From Octopus vulgaris (taxonomy: Eukaryota), in contig OX597816.1 in the NCBI GenBank assembly GCA_951406725.2, positions 113,212,001 through 113,276,000 of the forward strand: 64,000 nucleotides of DNA, in the 5' to 3' direction. Under the pieces are notes generated by a model. The model was not told where the DNA came from, searched no databases, and worked only from the letters and a program-made list of their open reading frames with translations. The position numbers were made by a program, and so were the translations under genes. This document shows, piece by piece, positions 51,481 through 64,000 of this stretch; the stretch's first letter is position 1, and every line of letters begins with the position of its first letter.

Positions 51481-52695
51481 CACTCAAGACAGGAGTAAAA
51501 GCTTTACTCAGATCAACAACATCCTCTTACATGCCTTTTGTATATTTAAGTCAAATGCAGTGCTATGCTCCAATCTAAAAGTGTAGAAATTGTATGGGTC
51601 AGTTCTTTGACATGGTCCCATAATATCACACTATCATATGGTGGTCTCTTTAATCTCTATTAGACTTTGTCATGATTTAACATGTATGAATTTGTCTCCA
51701 GTCAGCACCTACAAACTTTCATTTTAGGATCTGGTTTCCTTTCACTTACTTTTCTAACTTTACATTATCAACACTATCACACACACTTTTTATGTTGTTG
51801 AGTGTATGAGATTATTATTTCATTTCAAAATATTTCTTTATTACTGTTCTATTAAATTATGTAAACCACTCTCTTCAGATAAAATGAAGAAATTTAATGT
51901 ACATGAAATAAATACTCTATATATACTCACATAAGCACACACATATGTGATGTACATGTGATCACAACATGGTATTTTGATGGCTTCATTAACTGCCCAA
52001 CTTTTAAGAGAAAAGCTATTTCTTATAGAGTGCAAGAATTTGACTGTGGCAATCATTAGGGATAAGGTGAGTGAAGCAAGTAGTAATTTGAGAAAAAGGA
52101 ATTGTATGTAATTAAATTATCTATGATTTAATTACTTGCTGAGAAAGCTGACTGTCCTCTTATTTTTAATAAATTAACAAACACTAACATGATATCTTAA
52201 AGAAAGCTAGCAAAGTTAGTGATAGTTTGTTTTGTGATTTTCAATGTAAGTTTATATCTAAGATGTGAGTATGCATGTATCTATATCTTTGGCAGGGTGG
52301 ATGTGTGTCTATTTATCTATGTTGGTATGGTGTGCATGGATTAGTTTAGTGGCATGCATGTGTATCTATTTCAAAGACCAATATCAATCCTGGATGTATT
52401 TTTATTTCTTTACTTTTCCTCATACTCTTAGATTCTTCTGTTTCTCCTCATCTGCCATATATATAAACACAGCCAAACACTCATTATTTCTTTCTTTTTT
52501 GCTCTCACTTAAGGGCCTGCTGTGTAGTGTGAGTTAAGCTATTCTTTTGTTTTGTGAAAAATATCATTCCCTGAGAGAAGTACTAGCACTGTAGTGTGAC
52601 CACCTACAGACAAAGTTAAAATTATTTTATATTTTATAGACTAAAAAGTAAATTTTGAACACATTATAGCAGAAATATGGAAAAATTTGTCAGCA

Positions 52696-52767
52696 GATGG
52701 CTACAGGACTCAATCCGGTACCCCTCGGATACCGGCTGAGTACTCTACCATTAAAGCTAAACGGCTC
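52696..52767 (-). pseudogene. tRNA-like sequence with GGT (Thr-like) anticodon loop; not a convincing functional tRNA
   Basis: Minus strand reads AGCCGTT TAGCTTTAATGGTAGAGTA CTCAG CCGGTAT CCGAG GGGT ACCGG ATTGAGT CCTGT AGCCATC. A-box, anticodon arm and T-arm are at canonical spacing, but the acceptor stem does not pair and the T-loop is mutated. Confidence 0.72.
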
Positions 52768-52937
52768 TCTGTCAACAATCACTGTCAAATTAAATGTTAA
52801 ATAATAATTGCTTTTGTATGCTACATTATGTAAACAAACTTTCTGCTGCTTTCACAGCTATACTTTCTTGTCTGTAAAATATGAAACACATTTGATGCTT
52901 CCAAAGTTTGTTTACATAATGTTCTCACAAAATTATT

Positions 52938-52976
<39 letters not shown>

Positions 52977-53579
52977 TGAGTAGACTATATATATATCTGG
53001 AAACAAACACAGGGGATGCACACACACACACCACACTCATTCATGTTAAAAAAGTAAAAAAACCTTTGATACATATATGCAGACAAACACAGTCATAAAT
53101 TTGCAATATCTGCATTGATAAACATAGTGACAAATTTATGATACATATATGCATATATGTCCAGTCAAATTTTGTTTCTAAAAGACAACAAACTTCCCAT
53201 TCCTTTCTCCTTCTTCACACCTTGATGATATCTTTACTCTGCTCCTCCTTCCACTTTCTGTGAAAGCTTCACTGAATCCAACACATTTCTTCCCGCTACT
53301 GTCATTCCTTTCCTCTTCTTCACTTATACTGTGCATCTTAGTTTCCATAAATGTTCCAAACCACTAACCCTATAAATCTATATTTACACTCTGCAGCAGC
53401 TAACAGACGAAAAATATATAATTACACTTTCTATGTGCTGGATTTGTATTGGTCACACAAGAGCTTTAAATTATTCTAAATATACAAGAATCAGGGAAAA
53501 GAAGAGAGATCTGTATCCATGTCCTTTGTAAGTCCTTTCAGACAGCACAACTCATATATGCTTGTCCATATATGTGTGT

Positions 53580-53701
53580 GTGCTGTTTGGAAAAAAGAGA
53601 GGGTTGGCAACAGGAAGGGCAACTGGTTGAAAAAATCTGCCTCAACAAATTTCAACTGACTCATGCAATCATGGAAATGTGGATGTTAAAAATGATGATG
53701 G
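53580..53701 (+). mobile_element. Family A' tail fragment
   Basis: GGGTTGGCAACAGGAAGGGCA...AATCTGCCTCAACAAAT...CATGGAAATGTGGATGTTAAAATGATGATG. Confidence 0.8.
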
Positions 53702-53720
53702 ACAATTATATATGTATGTA

Positions 53721-54062
53721 TCATATTTGATGGCCTATAAGATGCACAAGTACATAGGACACACCCTAGCCTAGGTTATACTTTTGTATAATAAATCACC
53801 ATTAAAATAATGTATTAATACCTCTACTTACCTGTATAACTTTATGTTACTACCTGTAATTATAAGCAATTTATTGCATCCACATTCGATATAAACATAC
53901 CATAGGCAATTGTTCACCAATAGATGGCAGCATGTTTTGTAAACATACATACCATTCTGAGCAAGTTTTGAGCCTACATTGAGTGCATTGGATAGAGGGG
54001 GATTTTTAAAGCCATTTTTGTGTAAAAAAAAAAAGGTGCATCTTATAGGCCATAGAATACAG
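53721..54062. mobile_element. Tc1/mariner-superfamily (Tc2/pogo-like) MITE, 342 bp, TA duplication
   Basis: TA|TCATATTTGATGGCCTATAAGATGCAC and GTGCATCTTATAGGCCATAGAATACAG|TA; about 27-bp inverted ends with an 18-bp perfect core. Confidence 0.88.
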
Positions 54063-54164
54063 TATGTACATACACACACACACACCATAAAGCTAAACCC
54101 TCTATGGATGGAAAACCCACAGTAATTCCATAAACTGGCCTTCCCCATCAATATACATATATAT

Positions 54165-54280
54165 ATACTCTTTGCTCTTTTACTTGTTTCAGTCATTTGA
54201 CTGTGGCCATGCTGGAGTACTGCTTTTAGTCGAGAAAATCAACCCCAGGACATATTCTTTGTAAGCCTAGTACTTATTCT
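54165..54280 (-). mobile_element. Family A SINE 3' tail
   Basis: CTCTTTTACTTGTTTCAGTCATTTGACTGTGGCCATGCTGGAG...GTAAGCCTAGTACTTATTCT. Confidence 0.92.
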
Positions 54281-54479
54281 GACCAACTAAACATAGTCAC
54301 CCTGTTAGTCATTATGTTGAATTTAGATATTCATAGTATCTTTGGATTTATAGTGGTTAGTATATTCATAAATATTTATGAGAAAAAAGTGTGAATAGGG
54401 TCAGAGTTTAAATAGAGTGAACAGAGAATAGTGTTTATTTGATTCAGTAGAGAGAGGAGGAACAGAGAGTGATGTGTCT

Positions 54480-55030
54480 TCTTCCACATTCTCCAGATAC
54501 TGTAATGCCTTTCTCTGATAACCTCTCTTGGCAATCACACATTTATAATGTTGCTGAGACTGTGTCTTTAAAAGCTGTGTTTCTCCTTCATGACTAGAAA
54601 ATTCTTCAGCCTTAAGTCATTGCTTGTGTAGCATTAGCCACAAGTGTATTCCTACATTGGAGTCTTGTTTTTATAAATGGAATGGTGCATTTGGAAGCAT
54701 TTTAGAGTGCTTTCCAAAACAAGCAAGTCAACTAACTAGTAGGTAGTATTTCACTAACCAGTATACTACAACACTTTACTTGCTGATATGCAGTGGCCTC
54801 TGTTTATCTTCTATCAATACTACAATGGCTTCTACACATCTGAGTACAATATGTGTTAAACCTGTTTGATGCATCTTTTTTTTTCTCTTCTCTTCTGTCC
54901 CAATGTCTCTCTCCACCTATATTCTGCAATAGTCAGTTGACACAATCCTTCCTTTACAAAGATCTCTTTCTGTCCATGTATTCTCCATTCACAAATTCAT
55001 TATCAAAAACTACCCCATCTACTTCACCAT
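54480..55030 (+). mobile_element. Highly decayed CR1/L2-group LINE 3' remnant, same type as 6480-8075
   Basis: FMTRKFFSLKSLLV*H*PQV..PTLE resembles FSPxxLLxLYKAQIRPxLE. IFYQYYNGFYTSE resembles LFYRYYxGxCSxE. Confidence 0.6.
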
Positions 55031-55339
55031 TCTTAGAAGGCCTACAAAATCTGTAGTAGTTTGCTAAGTCTACTACCCTTTCTTTCTGATTAAATAATCA
55101 AAGAAAGAACGAACACTTTTGCTACAGTAGCACATTGCTGGATGATGTTGCTGTGTATAAGTATTTATGGATGGCTGAATACATACATGCATGTGTTGTG
55201 TAAGTCGAAGAAGTAATCATTTGACCTCTGAATGTATAAATGGTCTTCTACTTTGACAATATATTTAGAGTTTTCTTAAATGTCATGAATATGTTTTATG
55301 CTGTATTTTTTAGTGTGTTCAGTACTTTGAGATGTTTTT

Positions 55340-55510
55340 GTCATTTAGCTTTTGGACAACCTATGGTTAAAAACATTCTGGCTAAGACTAGCCTCATTTT
55401 TGGAAATATATAAGACTCTATTATCCTTTCATTTTAAGATGGTGGCATGTGATTTTCAAGACTATTTAACTGCTATTTTTAGTGGGTTGACTCAAACTTT
55501 AGTGTCTGTA
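55340..55510 (-). mobile_element. Family D repeat, diverged
   Basis: TTTTAAGATGGTGGCATGTGATTTTCAAGACTATTTAACTGCTATTTTTAG. Confidence 0.65.
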
Positions 55511-56239
55511 AGAGATATATGTATATATAGCATATAAATAAATAAATAACAATGAGATATAAGAGATAAGAATATTTTTGGAAATTTCTAAATACCATTT
55601 CCTGCTATCTGTTTACTCTTTTATGAATGGAAGGCTCCAACAACATTTGTAAAAATGGGTCACTGTCTACAAAATGGAATTGTAAGAATAACATAAATAT
55701 AGCTGTGTATATATATATATATATATATATACATAGAGAGAGAGGGGGGGAGATTTATGCACATACACATATATTTATTCAGTTTTCGTGGGAATCGTTG
55801 GCCTTGAATTTCTTAGATGACATCTGACTCCAAATCTCTGACCGACATCATTCTAACATTAAATCAACCACCAATTAATAGAATGCTTAATATCTCTTCT
55901 TCCCATATCTAAGGCAAATGAGAAGTCTTTTCTACAAATGCAAGTTCTATTTAGTATTGAGACACTCAGTTTGTGTATTGGCTGTGAAGCATCTTATATT
56001 TGGCATTTGAGATATTTTTCGTTGGCACCACAGTGATAGTAATAAATGAACTCTGACAAGAATTTTCAAAGATCTGAAACTACAGTGAGTTTGATATCTA
56101 TACTGTGCTGTTGAGGAATTTATGTATATCTTGCCAAGTTTCTTTCCACAACAGGACTGTTTCAAACATATAAATTATGTTTTAGTAAACAAAAGTTCTT
56201 GAAATTTTTATGCTGTGTTGGTATAAAATTAATTTCTTA

Positions 56240-56421
56240 ACAGCAAGTGGATGGCAGAATCAATACCTTGTCGCTCTAATTCAGCTCACATCCACTTTGA
56301 CTTCTGCTTTACCAAGGTTGTTAAAATAAATATTGTGATTGATGTAATTGACTATACCTTGGAAGGTGGTACCCTACCATGGCGACAGTTCAATGACTGA
56401 TACCAGCAAAAAAAAAAGAAT
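56240..56421 (+). mobile_element. Chimeric SINE relic: family B head/body with family A tail
   Basis: TGGCAGAATC...AAAATAAAT...GATTGATGTAATTGACT followed by AAGGTGGTACCCTACCATGGCGACAGTTCAATGACTGATACCAG. Confidence 0.55.
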
Positions 56422-59400
56422 GTTATCACTCTAACACTGAAATGAAATGTTTTCTTTCTATTTATGAGATATTTTCTTGGCACTATGTAGAATTAAGTGA
56501 GACTTTGTCATGGATTATAAAATGTCTGAAACTACTATAGATTTAATACACGCTCCATACTGTTACAGAGAACTTGGGGTATATCCATTGAGTTTGATAT
56601 CGCAGCAAGAATGTATACTATGAACATATCGGTATACTTTAATATAGCAATGTCTTTTGTTTTGTATTTTTATTCACATCACATTATAACTTTCATATTA
56701 TTTATAAGTCAGTATAGCTCCCATACTTTTGGATTTTGTTTATCTCATTCGGCTCTAAGTTCTTTAGACTCTCTTTCTGTAATGTCTGCATTTCAATGCT
56801 ATTCAGTTTTACATATCTACACATGCATCATAATGTCTAACTACTGTTCAGAAAGAACATTTTGTCATTAGATATCACAATTCTCTGAACTTTTTGCCAC
56901 TTTACTCTGTATCAGCACTGCTCCACACTAAAAATTTAAGGACTAGGCATTATCTACCACTTCCAGAGTTTTTAAACCTGAACTGTCAATCCATTCAAAT
57001 GCATCCATTGCTAGCACATTTAAACTTAATCCTTTCACATAACTTACTACTATTAAATCTTTACCAATGACTGACACCTTAGGCTTGGCCATGTTTACAT
57101 GTCTCCTATTTATTATCACATTGTCTTTGCAATATTTATTCGATAAGTTTTCTATTCAAAGTAATATCATTTTGCATAGTATTTAGGCTCTTTAATATCT
57201 TTCTTCCGTTAAGAATGCTTTCTATTTCCTTACAGGAACTACACTTATAATATGATCTATAGAAAAGGAAATGGCATTAGTTACTTCAATCAGATTGTTT
57301 CTGGTTTCATAGGCAATTTATTATTCTTAACTATATTAATATATATATTATTGATTTATTTCTATAGTCAGTTTGCTGAAATCAGCAGTAATTAGCACTC
57401 AACTCCAAAGGATTCCCACTTATTAAATTTACGGAATACGCTTTTGAGATGTTGCCACAGCTTTTAGTTGCTTTCTCCTAAAAGCAATTCGTCTTAGCAT
57501 TTACACTAAAAAATATTTCACAGTACCATCATATCACCCAAAAAAGAATATTGTAGCTAGCACTGAAAATATTTCTGTGCAGTTGCTTAAGCATAAAGAA
57601 GAGTCCATACTTCAATTCATATGCTCTATAATATATCTGAGTCACTTAAGAGGTTGTAACTAAGTGAACTAAATATAGTAAAGCTACCCATCACCATCAA
57701 ACAAAAATACAAGGAAAGATGACTTAAATATTTGTCATAAGTGTTAAAGTATCATACTTCTAATTGTGGGCCAAGTTTTCTGTAAACTACTTCCTAAGAA
57801 ACTTTAGAAAGAAGTTAATAGTATGTTTCACAAAGAGAAATCAACCTTTTACTATGTCAGCGCTTACCTTGAATAGATTCTTTTGTAACATCATTGAATA
57901 GACAATTGAACATCAAAAGAAAATTGTTAGTTTATAAATGACTTTGATAGTACTTTTCATCATTCTATATGGAAAAGACTGAGCTATTATGGAATTACTT
58001 TATGCTACATTTACAAATTTAAACCAATGTATCAAATGTCTTGTTGCTAGGATTTAACAACCAACTGAAAGTTTTATCAATTTTATCAAGGTGAACAGAT
58101 TGTATTTTTCACTTTTCTTCTTTGTTAATGTTTTATTTTATACAAAAGAAGTCTTTAAATGCTGAAAAGTAGGAAATTTACTAGTGAAACCTTTGACTAA
58201 GTAATTCTTATTTCGCTGAAATGTTGCTTCAATCAGAAAAATCTGTTGTGTAATATAATTGTAACAAAGAAGATTTGTCCTTTGATAAGCAGCATTAAAA
58301 CAAATTTAAGAGAGTAGTTTCTGTGATGATCACAAACCTCCAAAAAAAACTTTTACTGAGTATAACACTCACAAGTTCATCTAATGTGTAGGTCAGTGTA
58401 GAAGTTAGAATCTAATTTTTCCTCAAGGAATCATCAATTCATTCATTTTATGCAGTTTTGTCAATACACAACTTGGTTGAGAGAATGCTGGAGTAGAGAT
58501 AAATTATTAAATATAGTATAGTTATAGCCTTTTCTTGTATGTTCATGTATATATCATCTACTCAGAGATACTTCTAGCTGTATAGTCAGCAAAGTTTGCT
58601 TGTACTAGGTTTCATAACTTAAAAATTTTTGTCTGTTGCTCTTGAGGTATTGCCTTCCAGAATTAAATACCTTTATTCAGGACATAATGCTACATTGATG
58701 ATAAGATATGTAAAATCAACCTTTCAACTTGGAGGCTAATGGCCTAAAAATGGAACCCTATGCAACTTCCAATTTCTAAGATATTTCCAGAAAGCAATAT
58801 CTATAAAATTATGTTACAATTCTATAAAGCTGTAGTTGTTTTTAATAGTAATTCATGTTCTTCATCTTGGAATATAAAAAGAAAATATGTGTTCTATTTA
58901 GGATATCTTCACAAACTATTCAAAATGCCTCCAGTATCTACATTTATATAGAAGCAGACTGGACAGGGAAGAGACTACATTTTACCTTATTAAAATATCA
59001 CAAAAATGGCAGACCTAAAATACAATAGAGATCAATCATAGCAATAAGATATTAGATGGTCACTAAATCCATGAATGAGATGAAAGAATATTAGTCAACA
59101 GAGAAAGATGAAATTGGTATCTAATTGCTTCACTCTGAACTGAATAGAAGATAGTGATGATGGTATTATTGACATACTAATCAATCGCAATGCATATATT
59201 TTCATAATTCTTCTTGCTTTTTTTGATTTATTTTCTACTTAATTCTGCCATGTCTAAAACCACAAATATTATTTCTTCATCCTAATCTCGAGAAAAAACA
59301 ATTATTTTCCATAACTGTTCAGAAATCTTGCTCCTTAACCTTATTTTTATATCTAATAGCATAGTTAAAGAATTAATTATTTTCTTTTAACTGTATAGAG

Positions 59401-59504
59401 TAAATTCAGTTATTTTCATAATTATAGAATATTCTAAATAGACTGCTGTGCAAGAAATATATATGCATGTATAGGACAGATTTCATATAATAATTAGAAT
59501 TATT

Positions 59505-59705
59505 TCTAATTTTGGCATCAAGTTAGCAATATTTTAGGGTTGTGGGTAAGTTGATTACACCAACCCCAGTAACTGACTGGAATTTTGCTGTATAAATATC
59601 AAACGGATGAAAGGCTAAGTTGAACTCAGAACATTAAGAGCCAGAAGAAATGTGGCTAAGCAATTTGTCTGATGCACTAACTAACCTTGCAACTCACCAC
59701 CTTCA
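59505..59705 (-). mobile_element. Family B SINE
   Basis: AACCCCAGTAACTGACTGG...GGATGAAAGGCTAAGTTGAACTCAGAAC...GCTAAGCAATTTGTCTG. Confidence 0.82.
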
Positions 59706-60949
59706 TAGTAATAATAATAATATAACTGTAACAAAAACTAGAAACTGGTTAATCATATTTTTAGTTGCCTGAAAATTAAACACTTCAAGATGTGTATATA
59801 AACACACACACACACATAAATCCTCAAGCTTAATGCTGTTTCATTGACTTTGCTCTAATCCTACCCAGTAAAAATAATTAACTCTATGCTCTTCATATAG
59901 CTATGCAATACTGTCAGTCAAATACATTCATTTGTAACATTTTTAAATTAAGCTTTCCTTCTCTGTCTAATGTGTTTTTCATTTCTTTAAATATAGCTTT
60001 TCAAATTATTTTTGATTTAAGTCTTGGGTGAGAGAAAATAGTTACAAATATAACTATAGGAAACTATTTTTATTAGTTTATCCTGTAAGCACTGGCAATT
60101 TGATACAAGTAGAAAGGATTATTTTACATATTTTTTTTAAGAGATTTTACTCAATACAGCAAATATTTGTTTTATATTTCTGGTTAGCAGTTATCTTAGA
60201 AAGACAGCTTTATTCAATTATCATGTATATTTGGTTACATAACTATTGTTTTAGGTCTATACATTTCCTTAAAGGAATCTGGAAGATTCCATTTACACCT
60301 ATGTATTTTTAGTTGCATATAGTTCTTCAGTTTGATTTACTAGGTTCTGCATACCATTCTCAGTTAGGATTTTATTTTGTTATTCTTGTCTTGAGGGATT
60401 CTCAAATGACTAAAATATCAATAATGATTCAAAACTTAATATTACATTTTCTTTCAACAGTAGTAAAAAAAAAGGCATTCTTCAAAAGAGATTATCTTTC
60501 AAAAAAAAAATATCCAGTTGCATATTATTTATGAAGAAATACTATTTATAAATGTATTGATATAAATATGTTGTTTATAAATCATTCACTGTTAATGATG
60601 TCACTTAAAATATGTGAAAGAATTTAGAACTGAGAAAATTAAACATCTAATACTTAAGAGGCCTTAGTCTAAATTGAAATTGTGTCACAATGAGAATATG
60701 TGTCATAACATTGATGAAATTAATACTTAAATCTACATCAAATATTCGAACATCTTTTATTGGCAGTATTTTAATAATCACTAAAGTATATTTGCAACAG
60801 CTTAGTTGCACAGGTAACGTTAGTTTGAAGAAACAGTAAGTTGGATTAATGTGAATCAATGTACTTAGGGAAATAACTATCCAAGAATTATTCTTAGCAT
60901 GGAATCTCCTAAGTAAAAATAAAGCCATCCAGTTATGTACTACCTGTGA

Positions 60950-61063
60950 ATATATATACATATATATATAATAATATATATATATATATAATATATATAT
61001 ATAATAATATATATATATATGTATATATATATATAAAATATATATATAATAATATATATATAT
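60950..61063. repeat. (TA)n/(TAA) low-complexity tract
   Basis: Direct inspection. Confidence 0.95.
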
Positions 61064-61079
61064 TGAAAGCAAAATGTAC

Positions 61080-61415
61080 ACATCATCATCATCATCACCA
61101 CTACCATCATTTCAACATCCATAGTTCTATTCTAGCATAGGCTAGAAAGGTTTGCAATACATCATATCTCCATACATCTAAATTCTGTGTCACCTCTTAT
61201 GTAAGGCTCACCATTCTCAGTTCTCATGTTACCACTTCTTGTCATGTCTTCATCTGTGTCAAACACAGCTTACTCCCTTCTGTTGATTTATGACACTCTT
61301 TCACCTGGGGTATGTTGTCCATTTCTATGACATACCCATAATAATGCAGCTGCTTCCCTTCATATACAGATTTTGTTCCAAACAACCTTCTCAGTTCTAT
61401 TGCATTATCTTCCTC
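61080..61415 (-). mobile_element. Decayed RTE-clade LINE 3' end with (ATG)n tail
   Basis: ORF 61242-61457 ELRRLFGTKSV..QLHYYGYVIEMD...VKECHKSTEG resembles ELRxxLG..RLRWYGHVxRM...VKxC...VEG. (CAT)n at 61081. Confidence 0.72.
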
Positions 61416-61699
61416 ATAGATTAATATTTCACATCCTAAAAAATGTACATAACACATTCCTTCCAGCCATTAGGTATCTTCTACATAAATTGCTAATGTA
61501 CCCCACTATGTAAATTAGTGATTCTTGCTATGTTTTAAAGTCTGATTTTGGCACACAAGAGAGAAACCTGTTTCTGTTAACAAACATCTCTGATTTATTT
61601 CCTCTGGCTACTCTATTTTCACAGGAAACACTTCAAGTGTTAATTATGTTAATTTTTTTTTAATTGCATATCACATGATTTAATTAATAAGCACAAATA

Positions 61700-61912
61700 C
61701 ACAACTGGGTGGTAGAGCCTGTATGTGATCATGTGACCTGCTAGAAAAAGTAACAAAATCTTTCTCAAATCATACTCTGCTGTTTTAAAGAAGAAGAAAA
61801 AAGGAAAGACAAATTGCATAACACAGTCTGAAATAAACTGTGCTACGTCTGAAAAGATGTGATGGTCGATGAGGTTGACTGGGGGCTAAAAAACAACAAC
61901 AACAGCAACAAC
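61700..61912 (+). mobile_element. Family D repeat
   Basis: GACCTGCTAGAAAAGTAACAAAATCTTTCTCAAATCATACTC...GGTTGACTGGGGGCTAAAAAACAACAAC. Confidence 0.8.
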
Positions 61913-63282
61913 ATGCAAGTGAACACATGCACAGTCTTTGCAAGCAATCAATGTTTTGTAGAAATAATTGATCCATACTGAAACATCATAAAACAAATCA
62001 TTACAAAGCACAACAGATAGTTAGTGTAAAGTAACTAGGAAATTTGTACATAGACTAATGATATTGATTCAAACAACTCTAAGAATCTACCTTACAGCTA
62101 TAGCTGAAAGATTGCAGATTATCTCTCAAGAAACATTTGTAGAACAAATTAATGACTAACTTTACAATAAGTGGAAACCATATTTTTTCTATATTTGTCA
62201 GATTTCTATTTGTATATGATATATCATGTCATATGTCAGAAAAGTTTTAAGTCTATTATGTTTTGATTACTTATTTCACTTTGGTGCCTCTCTTTCAAGA
62301 TGATTGCAAATATATACTACATTAGCTAAATATAATTAATCTTTCACTGAGAATTTCTGAAAGAATTTTCATTATTGACAGTATTTTGTGAGTGAATTAA
62401 CAAGAAATTCAACAAAAATAAATATATTTTCATGTAAAGGCTATTGAAGTAGTTTTAGTGTATTGCAAAAGCCATTATGTAAAACTAAAAGGTTAACTAT
62501 GGAAATCTATGGGAGTTTTCACAGGTGGTAGATGTTAAACCAATTATTCTACTTCCTTGTATAAAAGAACAATGTGAAAGAAAAATGGCAATGTTATCAT
62601 TAATTTAAATCTTGTAAAAATATAAAGAGTTAAATGTAATGCTAACCTATTCTTCATTAATATAAATTATTTTATTTACAAAAAGATAATATTGTTTTAT
62701 GATTAAACTATCCTTTAAATGATAGGTTTAATAACATATTTATTATTGCCTTGTATTTTTAAGTCTGTCTTGACAATGGTGTATGTAAATTAATAGTTTG
62801 GCTAGATATGAATAGCAATAGGCAAAAGCCTAATACAATAAAATCTTACAAAATCTCATTTTGTCTCCTTTATTAATCTCAGGTTTTGGCTTATATAAAG
62901 AAAACTTTTATGGTGGAATTTTGTTATTATTAACCCTAGATTAAACAGAGCTATGATTAAAAGTGTACCAATTCTGCAATATATCCTCTCCCTATTTGAG
63001 GTAATAAAGTGTGATTTGATGGGGATTTGACTGCTGTTGACCATCGAGGCTTTGTCATTAGTTTGAGAAATTGAGGATAAACAAAATATCTACGATTTAT
63101 GAAATTGAGAATATGTTGGCTTACTAAGCAACCTTGGTAGAACAACAGAGATGTGAGTAAACCACAATCAATGTCATCCATATAATGTTATTGAAACAGA
63201 AGAAACTAGTAAACCTTTGAATCCATAGTTTTGTGCTGGATATTCTTTTTACATAGAAGCTTAAAACTGATATTTAAAAAAA

Positions 63283-63418
63283 TGCTTACCAACCACATGG
63301 TTCCGGGTTCAGTCCCACTGCGTGGCACCTTGGGTAAGTGTCTTCTACTATAGTCTCGGGCCGACCAAAGCCTTGTGAATGGATTTGGTAGACGGAAACT
63401 GAAAGAAGCCCATCGTAC

Positions 63419-63468
<50 letters not shown>

Positions 63469-63681
63469 TTGTTTGTGTGTCTGTGTTTGTCCCCCCAACA
63501 TCGCTTGACAACCGATGCTGGTGTGTTTACGTCCCGTAACTTGGCAGTTCGGCAAAAGAGACCAATAGAATAATTACTAGGCTTACAAAGAATAAGTCCT
63601 GGGGTCGATTTGCTCGACTAAAGGCAGTGCTCCAGCATGGCCACAGTCAAATGACTGAAACAAGTAAAAGAGTAAAGAGTA
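63283..63681 (+). mobile_element. Family A tRNA-derived CORE-type SINE, best-preserved copy, extreme 5' end missing
   Basis: B-box GGGTTCAGTCCC, CORE-like ACCTTGGGTAAGTGTCTTC, internal (TA)n(TG)n, many intact CpGs and tail AAGTAAAAGAGTAAAGAGTA. It matches my recollection of an abundant octopus SINE; I cannot assign it among the described OR1/OR2/OK families. Confidence 0.95.
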
Positions 63682-64000
63682 ACCTCTAATGAAATATATC
63701 ACCAAACAATAAATGAGAAATTCTCTCTTTCTCTCCCCTCTTTCTCCCTTAGACTAGTTATTTGTAACCCAGTTTAATCTCAGAAATGTTAAAACCCTTT
63801 AAGCCCTGACCATAAGATATTCATGTGAAGTAATACTACAACATAATTCTTAGTGCTTTAAGAGTTTATTTTACATGGAAAAGAATAACCACCATTTTTA
63901 TTGACACTGATATGCCTTTCCTGTTTGCTCCAATATATTGACATTAACTGACTAATATTTTTGAATATTAGATACAAATTTGATTTTTTTTTCAAAGGAG

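Noticed and set aside
53180-53370. Purine-rich minus-strand open stretch MHSISEEEERNDSSGKK...
   Set aside because: Neighbouring frames give WFG, VKK..MTVAG and RKWKEE, better explained as an old RTE C-terminal relic; no splice sites.
1-64000. CRISPR array, operon, rRNA or intact tRNA gene
   Set aside because: None seen. Regular repeats here are microsatellites or retroelement sub-repeats without unique spacers.

Overview
AT-rich, CpG-poor, microsatellite-rich eukaryotic DNA. From recalled repeat families, not a database search, it is most likely an octopus (coleoid cephalopod) genome. The window looks like the inside of one large gene. I can support only one coding exon: 35069-35353 (+), 285 nt, phase 1-1, Pro/Ser-rich with a PPPLPPK motif. 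The gene is not identifiable. The rest is intron-like DNA with several SINE families (my labels A-E), decayed LINEs (RTE, CR1/L2-group, R4/Dong-type, and a zinc-knuckle ORF1-type relic), a mariner derivative, two MITEs and simple repeats. Almost all ORFs in the supplied track are repeat artefacts. I see no prokaryotic-type system or CRISPR array, and no proven new system. The best leads are: (1) two inverted-repeat elements built around tRNA-like cores with a GGT loop (30.1 kb, 52.7 kb); (2) a mariner made of two inverted 3' ends (21.66-22.56 kb); (3) an inverted repeat pair bracketing the symmetric exon, which could favour skipping or a stop-free circle; (4) head/tail swapping among SINEs. 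Boundaries of old repeats are approximate (tens of bp).
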